DNA of 64,000 bases, from assembly GCF_038025025.1 (NCBI RefSeq), contig NW_027117340.1, positions 1,426,001 through 1,490,000 of the forward strand, written 5' to 3'. Positions within the stretch are counted from its first letter, which is position 1; every line of letters starts with the position of its first letter. Positions 34,978-46,402 of this stretch are shown in pieces. Source of the stretch: Phyllosticta citribraziliensis (taxonomy: Eukaryota). The position numbers were made by a program, and so were the translations under genes. The notes beneath the pieces were generated by a model. The model was not told the origin of the DNA and did not search any database. It worked only from the letters and a program-made list of their open reading frames with translations.

Positions 34978-36311
34978 ATGGCGAATTCAAAGTACAGAAT
35001 CTCCTCTTCATGACCGGAGTGTAAGCTCATCAAAATCCCAGGTACGAATACGTCAAGGCGTTTGAGCGGTGCCAGCCAGACATTCTTCTGCCAAACACAT
35101 GGGTCGTGATCCGCATCGATGGACGCGGCTTCCACAAGTGAGCTTATCCGAACCTCATCCCATCCGATCAACAGACCATGCGACCACGCTGCACTTTCTC
35201 TTTGGCACCTATCATCCCGCGCCTCCGAAGTAGACTCTCACAGTCGAAAAACTTCATCACCAAAATGGCGACACTAACCACAGGCTCCCCACCTCCAGGC
35301 TGACAGCCAAATACAACTTCTCCAAGCCCAATGACCGGCGCGCACTGGACCTGATGAATGAAGCGGGCGCGAGCGTCATGCGCGAGCTACCTGACCTGAT
35401 CTTGGCCTACGGCATCAGCGACGAGTACAGCTTTGTGTTCCACAAGGACTGCAACTTGTTTGAGCGGCGCGCCGCCAAGCTCGTGACGACGGTCGCGACG
35501 ACGTTCACATCGTACTTTGTCCATCTGTGGTCAAAGCACTTTCCCGACAAGGAGCTGACGCCGCCGATGCCAAGTTTTGATGGAAGAGCCGTCATGTATC
35601 CGAGTGTGGGCAATCTGAGGGATTATGTCAGTTGGAGACAGGTGGATTGTACGTCGGTCTTTCATACCGTTCTTGTCTTTTGCTGGATTTCTTGCATTCG
35701 ATCTCTGTTTTCTCTTTCATCCTTTCGAGCAGAGAGAATGTGGCAAGCAAAACTCCTGACTTCTTCTAGGCCACATCAACAACCTGTACAACACCACATT
35801 CTGGACGCTCATCAACCGTGGCGGCATGTCTGCCACAGCCGCCGAGCAGCGCCTTTCCGGCACCGTCAGCGCCGATAAAAACGAGATTCTATTTAAGGAG
35901 TTCGGTATCAACTACAACAACGAGCACGACTTGTACAAGAAGGGCACCGTGCTGTACCGCGATTATGAACTCGAAGAGTCAAGTCCCTCCTCCGTAACCG
36001 CAGAAGCATCATCGTCTTCAGGTCTGAATCCTACTGAGGATTACTCGGCAACTCCGAATGCCCAAATCGCACCGAGCATGGCCTCGGCAGACGCAGCAAT
36101 TGCAGTCGTCTCAAAGACGCAAGCGGAGAAAGAGAAGAAGAAGAGAGCCAAGGTTGGCGTCAAGATTGAGCACGTGGATGTCATCAAGGATGATTTTTGG
36201 CAGCGAAGACCGTGGATATTGTCTGGAAGAGCAGGAAAGTTGAAGGACGAGGTGGCAAAGGCGAAAAAGGTGGAGCAGCCTAAGGGGCCCTTTCCTGGCG
36301 GGTTCATTTAG
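34978..36311 (+). CDS. THG1: tRNA(His) guanylyltransferase. Introns 34992-35041, 35138-35298, 35649-35769
   Basis: [78 protein letters not shown] and [10 protein letters not shown]. Confidence 0.95.
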
Positions 36312-37327
36312 CATGTCTCATGGCGTTGGAAATGGGGTGAGTTGTTTTGTTGTGACTTCGCTCAGTTTCCCCAATTGACTTGAACCAGGCAGCATATTTC
36401 TTTCAAGTAGGATTCAGCACTACGAGACTATTTCCAAATTCGAACAGCGCCGGTCCTACTCTCACACACCCATGGCCTTTGTCTCAATTTACAAGAATTG
36501 CTCATTTCGCTGCTTGATGCCACTGACATGCGGCATCAAACGGGCCTGAGGACACATCTGGGACAGTATCCAACCTGGTAGTTGAGTTCTCCCGGAGTGG
36601 GTCGACGGCATTTCTTCTCGCAGTACCTCCTAATGTACGTCTTGCTGTGGCCACACGAGGTCCACACGATCGTATTGTACACACACATGTTGGCTGATTT
36701 GTCGTTATGTTGCTGATGTTAATGAGGTACAACTCCCACAGGCTTGAGGAACAGATTCCTCGGGTACAAAACTTGGATGCCGAGAGAATTCGAAGCTGTT
36801 ATGAAGGATTTGATGGAGGAAGGGTTTGCTCTTCGGCGGTGGTGAGGATTGGGGTTTTTTACCTCCAATCTGTCTAACAGAACAGGTTCGCACATGCACA
36901 ATGCAGATACCATGGCATTCTGTCAATCTGCCAGCACATGTGCCATGAACATCCTTCCTTTGTGCCTACCTCACCTATTTGTAGGAATTTTCCCGAGACT
37001 TAGCCTACCCCGGATTTTCCACGTATACAGCCACAATCATCACAACACCTGTACGCAGTGGCTTGCAAGGAAACTTCAACCATGACAAAATCGTCGACTT
37101 GGCTACGTAACTGTGTAAGTAGAGGACAAAGGCAGAAGTCAACGTGCTGACAGACTGATTCTCTCGTGGCAAACCCAGGACATTGCAACGAATGGACTTG
37201 ATTCAAAACACAAACGCTTCACCAACTTTATGAACGATCTCGCACCACCCTCTCTCCGACTCTCCTCTTCGCCACTCTTCCAAAAACTTCGCTTCCGCTC
37301 TCCTACGCGCCAGCAAAATCCACTTTT

Positions 37328-37829
37328 CTACCACCCATTCCTCCTCGCCTCCTCCGCGACAAACTTCCTTCCAGCCTTGGCCGTCCCACTGCCCCACTCC
37401 TCAACGCTAAACAACTCAAACATGCCCAACTTCCTCAGAAGCGGCAGGCTGAGGCGCATCTCGTCCTGAATCTTCTCCATCTTCTCCTGCGCGGTCGCAG
37501 GATCCAGCTGGCCAGCCGCCGCAGCGTCGGCCGTCTCATCGTACGCCTTGAGATTGTACAGGAAGGCTGCAACGGTACCCGTGGGTACGCGCTCGCCGGA
37601 AGCTAGCGTAATGACGTGGAAGCTTTGGCCGGGTGGGAGCAGCTTGTTGTTGACGGCCAGTACGCCGGGCTCGTCAATGGGCGCGGTCTGGGCCGCCTGT
37701 GAACGCCATGGCGTGAGCAAGCAACGAATGTCACCAGTTTGGAGCGTGCTCTGGTCTTTTGTATGGGGCTGGAATGGGGAGAGGGCTTACGTGAGCGGCG
37801 GCAACTTCGTGGTCGACTTGGGAGGCCAT
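37328..37829 (-). CDS. Small conserved hypothetical protein (about 135 aa). Intron 37790-37697
   Basis: AAAATGGCC start; GTAAGC...CAG intron in phase 0. Motifs LASGERVPTGTVAAFLYNLKAYD and LPLLRKLGMFELFSVEEW..G...GR resemble an uncharacterised fungal family. Confidence 0.75.
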
Positions 37830-39143
37830 TTTGCGGATGATGGTGTTATATGGTGTTCGAGGTTTGTTTTTCCCTTCTTTCTTTGAGTTTGAAGTATGCT
37901 GTTGACTCAACTGACTGGATGCTTCCGGTTTAATATACAGATGTCGCTCCCGCAGAGTCCAGTGTTGCGTTGGGGCCGAAATGGCCGAGCGCCGTGTCGG
38001 GTAATATCTCGGTCTCGACGGCGAGTTTGGACAACGACGCCCCTTCTCCGGCATTTATCAACATGGCGTGAGAGGGCCTTTTCCGAGACAGACTCGGAGT
38101 CATTTAATTGGAGGTGAAAGGCCTGGAATCTTGTAGGAGTCCTATAAACGTCGAAAAAGAAGTCCAAGGAACTGACTTTTTCCTGCGTCACCAACGAGCA
38201 GAACAATTCAACCCCCTTTTCAGTCAAAATATCTCTTGTCATTCTATCCACGATGAAGGACGGACTCACAGATGTCGTTCCCCTTGTTGCCGAGCTCTTT
38301 GATGGCGCGGTGTCGCAACCTCTCAACCTCGTCAAACTCGTTCTGCACTTCGCAATCGTCGTCGGCGTCCAGTACCAGCCTCCGCAGTACCGCACCGCTG
38401 TCTGAGCTAATGCGGAGCTTATTGACCAGAAAGAGAAGCCTGCAGTCAGGTGTGGAAGCGAGCTTGATGTACTGGAATCTACGACCAACCGTCTACGGAA
38501 GACTGTTTTGCTCTACTTTACGCTGGATTCGCCGCAACGAGACTTTTACGAGAGAGCTGTCGAATCGTCATCAATTAAATGTGGGCGGTGTGGTGGGTGT
38601 CGAAGACGCAATGCCTTCTTGCGCTGCGGCGACAGCTGGAAAACATCCATTCACCATCGCGGATGTCCCGGATGAAGCTAAAGACCTGCCATTCGCCGCT
38701 CCGGCCAGACGCGAGAGGTATCATGTTTTACGGCATCCATTCTGGCGGGTCCCAGACCAGCTCACTCTCATGGGCCACGAAAAGTCTACAACACAGCATT
38801 CGCTTGGCCAGAACGTTCGGATTACCAGTCTACGTCTTTGCCGCTGGCCCAATTGAGTCAGTACTCTGGACTTTGATACCCAAGCTGACCATAAAGTCTG
38901 GACTAACGGCTCTAGCAGACTCGGTTGCTCGGTCTCCTGGTGTTGCTATTCGCCTCTCTTGTTAGAAGCGGCGTATACCCACCATGTACATACTTCGAAT
39001 GTGACGTCGAACAAGAGGATGAAGGGAAAAGTCGTCTATCTATGACCTATCAGGTTGTGATAACAACAGAGAAGGTTTGGACTGAGTTCAAGCCCACAGG
39101 TATAAATTCGCGCACATGTGATAGCTGTCACTCACCGTCGACA

Positions 39144-39154
39144 TATAAATATAA
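39144..39154 (+). promoter_or_regulatory. Putative TATA box upstream of the Gag-like ORF
   Basis: TATAAATATAA followed by a pyrimidine-rich stretch. Positional inference only. Confidence 0.35.
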
Positions 39155-39475
39155 GCTTCTGCTCCCCCGCACCATGCCTTTTTCCAGCCTTTAGAAGTGA
39201 TAGCCAGACCATTGGCGTGGCCTTGCAATGTTCAAGCAACAACTCCCTGCAGTACTACTTTCAGTCTACAGACCCGAAAGGTTGGAGACCGTATCCCCCT
39301 GAGTTTTACCCCTGCAAATCTGATTGATTAAAGCGTGTCGGACAGGATGGCATTCGCGTATCCCCCAAATTACATGCCCCCGGCTCAGACTGCAGATGCT
39401 GCGATCCAACGATATTTTGGGGACCCCTGCGAGAGAAACGAAATGATGCGCCTGATAAACGAACTAGCTGCGTGA

Positions 39476-40147
39476 GAATTTGGAGACGATTTCGGGCCCA
39501 GGCCTCAAGATCAAAGGAGCCAGGTTTTCAAGTTCAACGGCGACCGCCGCCGATACAACGAGTGGAAGGCCGGCTTCATGGCAAAGATTGCGCACAGCCC
39601 AAACCAATTCAAGAGCGAGAAAAGCAAGCTCCGCCTGCTGATGTCGAGCGTCAGCGGCCTCGCGTTCGACGTGCTCAACAAGACCTACGGCGACGAAGCG
39701 CGCGACGATGCGGGACCCGGGACCCTCCGCCTCGAGGACGCTCTTGCTGAGCTCGAGTTCACCTTCCGCTGCTTGGAGCACGAGGACGCAACCCTACAGC
39801 TCCTCAAGCTGCGCATGGGGAAGGACCAGCTTTTTGCCGATTTCTTCCCGCACTTCATGGCGCTCGTCAACCGCGGAGCTCGCACCTGCCACGGAGCCTG
39901 CGAGGACGACCGAAGCAAGAAGCTCGCCTTGCAAGCTTGTCTCCCGGCGCGCTTCGGCAACATCGCGAAGAAATACGTCACCGAAGACCACGGTTCCTTC
40001 AAGGAGTTCGTCGACGAATGCTTTGCCTCGGAGGGCTGGAAAAAGTCCCCTGAACCGCCGAAAGCCGACACCACCATGTGTGAAGACGACGTTGTCTGTG
40101 TTTCGGAGGATGGTTATGGTACGCGTGCCTCCTCGGAGGAAATGTAA
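39476..40147 (+). CDS. Solitary retrotransposon Gag capsid-like protein (Ty3/gypsy type); 5' structure uncertain
   Basis: Open frame from 39476: VFKFNGDRRRYNEWKAGFMAKI...FKSEKSKL...SVSGLAFDVL...LAELEFTF...ATLQLLKLRMGKDQLFADFFPHFMALV...DDRSKKLALQACL...SFKEFVDEC. This follows the motif spacing of fungal gypsy Gag capsids. Strong G/C third-position bias. Confidence 0.65.
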   Translation, partial: EFGDDFGPRPQDQRSQVFKFNGDRRRYNEWKAGFMAKIAHSPNQFKSEKSKLRLLMSSVSGLAFDVLNKTYGDEARDDAGPGTLRLEDALAELEFTFRCLEHEDATLQLLKLRMGKDQLFADFFPHFMALVNRGARTCHGACEDDRSKKLALQACLPARFGNIAKKYVTEDHGSFKEFVDECFASEGWKKSPEPPKADTTMCEDDVVCVSEDGYGTRASSEEM

Positions 40148-40836
40148 GTGCGAGCGTGAGGAAATTCCGGGTGCTCTGGGTCCAATCGCACCGCGTCGGA
40201 ACATGAAGAAAGAATTCAGGTTGAACGGAGTTGAGTGAGGGTTCAAGAAAAGTTTCTTACACGACACTCATTTCACATCCCCATCTTTCATGTATCCACG
40301 GTCACTCTCTCAAAGGTTTGGTGTTGGGTGTCCGGTGTAGTCAGAAATTGACAAGATTTCAATGTGAGGGTCCAGGCTTGCATGCGATGCACCTCTCGTC
40401 GTGACATGATCGAATCCCAATCTCCTTGTACCAACTTGTGATCGAGTTGCAAGCATGGGGTAAGAGTCCATCATCTCTCTGAAGAACAGTTGCCTCTGAC
40501 ATGACTAACATGACCAGGACCGAGTGCGTACGGCAGACTCTGTGACGTAGACACTGTGACTTGCAGCTCCTCCAAACATCTATCCGATTTGACATGAAGT
40601 GCAAGCTCGAGATGTCCAAGAGAATTGAAGAGACAATGTATACTCGGTGTTCTGCTGCTTCAGGCTGATTTGCAGCGAGCACCGTTCCAGCGCCTGGTCC
40701 CCAAGACGGATTCAACGTGCGCCCACGCTCCAGCGCCTTCCTCGACCTGGCTGCGGGCGCAACGTCTTTCCCAATGCGTCAGCAGGCGCTGAGCAGGCGC
40801 TGAATCAGCCGAAGCGCACGAGCCACGGCAGGACAG

Positions 40837-40843
40837 TATAAAG
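40837..40843 (+). promoter_or_regulatory. Putative TATA box plus CT-rich element upstream of the 41.2-kb gene
   Basis: TATAAAG followed by tcgtcttcctcttcttcttcttcttctctc. Confidence 0.4.
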
Positions 40844-41252
40844 GCTTCGCGTCTCGCGCCTCGTCTTCCTCTTCTTCTTCTTCTTCTCTCCACACTTACC
40901 TTGCTGGGTCGGCCGCGCTCAAGCCTGCGGTCCGGCTGCTGGGACGCCCTGCATTGCACACCGCGGAGGCTGCCTGGCATGAAGCTCCTTCGGGGGCTCC
41001 ACCGGCGGAATTTTTGCTACTCGCCTGCTTCGTTGCGGGTCTTTGCTTTTTTCATTGACGCTTTTCGCCTTGCGCGGGACGTTGGGGATGATTGCTGAGC
41101 CGGGCGTGGATGGCGGCTTTGTCCTTGTCGTTTGTGCTGTTCTGCTGTCTTCCAGTCACCTCTGCTTCGCTGATTGCTGTGTACTAAAGGCGTTGCCAGG
41201 AATGATGAATGCTTCTTTCACAAACCACCCTCTTCTCTCGTTTTCTCTCGTC

Positions 41253-41792
41253 ATGCCTGTCTTCAGCACTCCAGCGTGGGCTTCGCTCGCCTCGTCCGTC
41301 GTCAAGGCCAAGAAGTTCATCAAGAGAGCGTGTCGCGAGATGGCAGCAAAGATTCGAGCTGTCGATTGGAACCAGATGCCTCACGACATTTGGAACTGGA
41401 TCAAGACTCACAAGTACGAGCTCGTCTTCGGCGTGCTGTGCCCCAAGCCCATCTACCTCGCGCTCCGCCCGCTGCTCACCATGGCGGGCATCGACACGGA
41501 CATGCTCTTCCACGACACCGAGGTCTGGATCAAGCAGCACCCGTGGCAAGCAACTCTTCTGTTCGCCTGCACTGCCGCCCTCTGCGTCGCGCTCTTCGCC
41601 AACTCTTCCGGAATCCTCGCCGGCATTCTCGCTGCGAGCGCGGCTGCTGCCGGTAGGTTCTCTTTTCTACCGCGCTCCAGACGTGTCGACCTACTGACGC
41701 GTGCTTTCGACAGGCTCCATGCTTGGTCTGGCGCTCTACATTCACTTCTCGTCTGCTGGCCAAAACGACCAGCCCCACTGCCATGCCCTCTG
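41253..41792 (+). CDS. Hypothetical membrane protein resembling the N-terminal half of fungal IFI27/ISG12-like proteins. Intron 41653-41712
   Basis: GC3-biased codons; two similar segments, DIWNWIKTHKYELVF and DTEVWIKQHPWQATLLF; hydrophobic helix; GTAGGT...ACTGAC...CAG intron. Confidence 0.5.
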
Positions 41793-41893
41793 ACAGTCGC
41801 AACGCCCCACGATACCCTTGTTGCGCTGCCTCTTCCCTCCACGACGAAACGAACACGAAACGACGCAACCGCTACCTCTCTCGCGCTTACAAC

Positions 41894-42150
41894 ATGGTCT
41901 TCTTTCTCGTTGGCCCTCTGCTTGGCCTTGCGGGCTTCGGCGCTGGCGGCATCGTAGCCGGTGAGCGGACAAAGGCTCTCCATGTCCACTCAACCTTCAC
42001 TGACAAACGCGTCGTTCTGGCTCACTGGCTGCCGCCATGCAGTTTTTCTTCGGATACGTCCCTGTCGGCGGTGTCTTTGCCATCTTCCAAAGTGCGGCCA
42101 TGGGCGGATACGGCGGCGCTGTACTGGGGCGTGTTTTCGGTTTCCTATGA
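41894..42150 (+). CDS. Small IFI6/IFI27 (ISG12)-like Gly/Ala-rich membrane protein, about 65 aa. Intron 41961-42019 has a non-canonical 3' end; possibly a pseudogene
   Basis: MVFFLVGPLLGLAGFGAGGIVA|GSLAAAMQFFFGYVPVGGVFAIFQSAAMGGYGG matches the GFxxxGIxAGSxAA...FAxxQSxxMGG pattern of the ISG12 motif. Confidence 0.6.
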
Positions 42151-42456
42151 GACTCTGTCTTTGTTTCCGCGACCTACTACGGTGTTGAGCTGGCTCTGCA
42201 AAGTCAACTTTGTACAGGAGGGACTAGGACAAACGCTTCCGACATCTGAATCAACTCTTCCGGGTCAAAGTTGTGCAATATCATGTCGCTCGCGCCGTCT
42301 GAGAATTCGCATACGTTCCACATGGCCAAATCTCTGCTCGCTTTCCGGTGATGGCATGCGAAGGGGGAAGGGAAAGGTAGTACAGGGAGGATTGAAAGAT
42401 CTTGAATCTTGTCAGAGCGCAACGAAGGTTGGTAATCTCTCTGCGGACAGAACCGC

Positions 42457-45159
42457 TCAAAGCCTTTTCTTCCGAGCCAACTCCTCGTGTGCATATCCAG
42501 GATTGCTGTGAGGCTCGCCAAGTCTCCCAGCGTAAAGCTCGTTCGGTATGACCGTGTCGACATGGCCAGCCGACAGACCAGCATGCCGCCAAGCGCCCTT
42601 CATTTCGGATGGAGGCGTCCTCGTCACTGTGAGTGCTCACGTTAGCAACAGAAGAGCATTCAATGCAGAGTACGCAAGCGCGTGACCGAGAAGCCATTGA
42701 GAATGGGCCAAGATGAGTAGATGAAAGACTCACAGTCACCCCACATGATGCCCTCGACGGGGAAATCGGCCAGTTCGCTGACTGCCGAGCAAACGGCACG
42801 CATCGAGCCAAACATCTGCGGAATGTATCCCTCACGACTGTAGGTAAAAGCCCACCAACAGGCAGTCGTCATGCCGAGCATGAGGACACAGGAGCCCCAG
42901 AGCGCAGACGGCACCGTGACGACCTGGGTACGAGGTCAAAACTAGACTCACGCTGGGCCTGGGAAGAGACGCACCTGGTATGTTGAATCTGCACGCAACG
43001 CACTCTCCAGGACTATCTCGTCAGCATAGATGGCCAAGCCAAGCAGCCAATGCATGGTCGTGCTATAGACGGCAATGGGCAGCATTATTTTTGCGGGCAT
43101 CTGGAGCAGATACGACTGCTCGAAGCCTTCGCTCTTGACAATGGTGCAGCGCAACCGCCTGCGCCCCTTTTCAAAATTCCCCCACTCGTACTCCATGCAA
43201 ATGAGCGAGATGTTGTACAGGAGCAGCAGGTACAGCATCGAGTATATGAGCTGCGCGCCGTTGGACGTCGCAAATGCCGAGATCTCAGCGCCCAGTCCTG
43301 GTCTCATCGTGCCGCCAAATTGTGCGAGCATTAGCGGTCGTGTCGACGCTTTGGCTGGCGTGATCAAGCCGGCGCAGAAGGCAAGCGAGTAGTTTGCTCC
43401 AAAGACCATCCCAACGAAGATGGAGCCCGCCACCATGCCGGTCGAGGTGAAGGACAGGGTAAGCATCTGTGTGACGGCCGTCTGGCCGAAGTTGGCAATC
43501 AGGCTCTTCTTGCTTTTCGTCGCCAAGGTCGGCCAGGGAAGATTCGGCATGTTGTTGACGCTGTTGAACTTTTTGCACTTTTGGCAGTGACCGATCTCGT
43601 CGCCCGTGGCTGAAATTGCAATGTCCTTGCGGCAGTGCTTGTGGCAAGTGTGGGAGACCGTCCGCCGGTGGAAGTCGCCGCCGTTGACGAGACACTTGCC
43701 TGGTATGCGAATGTCCTCCAGAACGGCCGCAACTACGACGTCCCCAAACGTCAGGCAGTGCGACTTGACCTTGGACTGAGACCGAAGGTTGGTGACGACC
43801 ATGTAGAGGGCTTTGGCCGAGATGCAGGCGGCCAAAATGACGGCTGCGAGCAGTCTGACGACTAACTTGTGCGTCCCGCAAGATTTCCCCCATTCCACAG
43901 CCCAGCCAAAATCGGACCCAGTGCATCGGTCTTTGATTGGAATCCCGCTACAATCGATAGCACCGGGTGTGTTCATGTGTTGGTAACAAGGCGACAAGAA
44001 GGATTCTGACTCTGCCTCTTGACGATCATTGAGCGTTCCAAATAGAGCCCCACAGGCGTTTTCGTCGTAGCGCACACGTTCTATCCAGGAATAAAAGCAA
44101 CTGTCTCCAGTTTCGCTGTAAGGATTGGGTTCAACATCCAAAGCGGTCTGATTTAGCGCCCCGCAGTAGCCGGCATAGGAAACATCGATGGAATAGGAGC
44201 CAAACGTCACCAGGGCGACGTGTTCCGGATTCATTTTTGCGCCCATTCGGAAAGCTCTCCACAAGTCATGGTCTCCAGTGTAAGTCTTGTATTGAGTACC
44301 GTTGAAGTCTCCGGTAGTTCCATTGCGTTGGTCAAGGCCAACACTTGTTGGCGTATAGTCCATATCTCCTGGATAATAGGCGACTCCTACGACGGAATTG
44401 GCGAGAAGATGGACTGGCTATAGGCGTGTTAGACTTGAGCCAGGAATAATCGAGACCATAGTGGATTTTGCTCTTCCGAATACCACCGCCGCACCCGGGG
44501 AGCTGTCACTTCTTCTAATCCCTACTTCGAGGCACGACATACCGTGGACGTAGCTATCAGAAAGATCCACGCGCACCAAGCCTTCGCACGGCCAGACTTC
44601 TTGTGTTTGATCGCAAACGGAGAGTTGGTACCAACGCGGGAATCCCCAAAATGCGTCAGGACATATCTAATATCCTCGATCTTCAACGACGTCAACAACT
44701 GCTGGTACGTGTTGGATGCGCTCAGAATGACGGTCGCAGCAATGTTGATGATGAATTTGATGCCCTACGTGTGCTTAGTCCTTTTTGTCAGCCACAAAGG
44801 ACAGACAAAGATAAACTTACTTCGCACAAGCTCTTCATCTTTGCCTCGTCGCCCGAGGCAATGGGAATAGACGTCGTCGAAGAATGCCACCCGATTCTCT
44901 TGTTGAATTTCGGCGTCAAGGCGATGCATATGATAACCAAGATGACCGCCAACCAGACTATCGTAGCGGTCATTATCATCAGAGACCTATCGACGAGCAT
45001 CTGGCCCTGCCACCATGAGTTCCCCGGACGGGTCGACTGGTGTGCGTTTTCCAGTAAGACAGTGTTGGGAAGACCGTACGGATTGGAGTCCGGTTTCTTG
45101 TGCTCTTCTGCTGGAACCTCGACGGCAGACTCTACGGCGGGGTACTTCGCTTGTGTCAT
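42457..45159 (-). CDS. DUF6536-like multi-pass fungal membrane protein. Introns 44820-44765, 44542-44418, 42974-42924, 42734-42628
   Basis: Spliced product contains FIINIAATVILSASNTYQQLL, VGTNSP, ST|PVHLLANS, CLTFGDVV, SNGAQLIYS, QSYLLQMP, MHWLL, IMWGD and RHAGLS. Four canonical introns keep the frame. Confidence 0.75.
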
Positions 45160-46402
45160 GGGATCAATACTCAGCGGTTCACGCGATCTTGATCGTTCTG
45201 AAAGCTCTATCTCCTGGGTGTGTCCTGGAACCGAGCCACTGGATTCTGTGAGCTGTTGCAGCAGAGGCTGGTGCCAATTGACTTACTCGTCAGGCGAGGC
45301 GCCCCAGTCTGGAGAGACATCGCTGTAGAGGTCGGATCTTACACGAGAGTAAGTCCCACGGTCGAAATGGTTTGTGCGACTCATGATCGCATATCAATCG
45401 TACGAATCCTGGAAAGGAGACAAATGTTGCGACAGGAGAAGGAATGAGGATAAATTAGCGAAAAGGAAACGCTCTGTCGACGTGTTTTCCAACAGCGACA
45501 GGCTCCAATGTCCTCGATCCGTTGTGCCTCCCGGAAGCATTCAACGCCTGTAAAAAATCGAGGAAGGAGAAAAGAAAGCAGAGAGGTCAAAGGAACGGCG
45601 GTGTATATGCTCTAAAAGGGCTCCCACCAGTCGAGGGAGAAAGGCATGACGATTGCCCGTACAATCTTCCACAACCGGTGCAGAAGATCAACAAGGCCGA
45701 AAAAGCCCGCCGCTGCTGGTCAGATGGGCACGTTTGCGTCCAACTGCAGGAACATGATAAGCTCTTTCAGAACCAGGGCGTGTGCTCTTTCCTTCTTCCG
45801 AGCTGGTACCACAGGACCGCGTGAGGTCGCTCCTCGAGCTAGATCTCGACCTGAAGAAATTATTGGTGCACTTCGCTCAGCTCACGATCAGCTTGTGCGC
45901 CACCTTGTTATGATGTGATGCGGGTGCCTGTTGTGGCGCCCCTTGACTCTTTCCGGTATTCTCAAGGTGCCCTCGGCTGCTAGCCTTTAGGTGCTTTCCG
46001 GGGCGAGGCGAGACCCTTAGCGCAGGCACACCACCCAAAAAGTCGAACTGTCCCCTTTCTTCAAGTGGTTCGCTCTGATTGTCGGGCAACACGCACCAAT
46101 TCGCCGTTTTACACACCTAGGCGTCAAGATATCATGCCGGCACGAACGACGTCTTCGCAACCCAAATACCTCTTTTGTGCCCCGACTGGTAATTCCACAT
46201 ACCTCACGTCCTCCATCTCGCAAGTAACAATGCGTCAACCAACTGCTCATTCAGATAAAGAATGGACCGAAAAAGAACCACGCTACTTACAGCGTCAAAG
46301 CCAAAACAAAACATGCATCCAAGGCCTTCATGCACCCCATGGATATCCGTACACCCACGAGACCGCTCAACAAGACACCGCCTGCAAACCGTTCCACCAC
46401 GC

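Noticed and set aside
37907..39100. Protein-like fragments on the minus strand (e.g. QYIKLAS...EFDEVERLRHRAIKELG) and short ORFs on both strands
   Set aside because: Interrupted by stops, the candidate intron does not restore the frame, and I recognise no family. Possibly a decayed gene, but I cannot support that.
38900..40800. LTRs or pol remnants around the Gag-like ORF
   Set aside because: I found no direct-repeat pair, YxDD, protease or integrase motif by eye, so I did not call it a mobile element.
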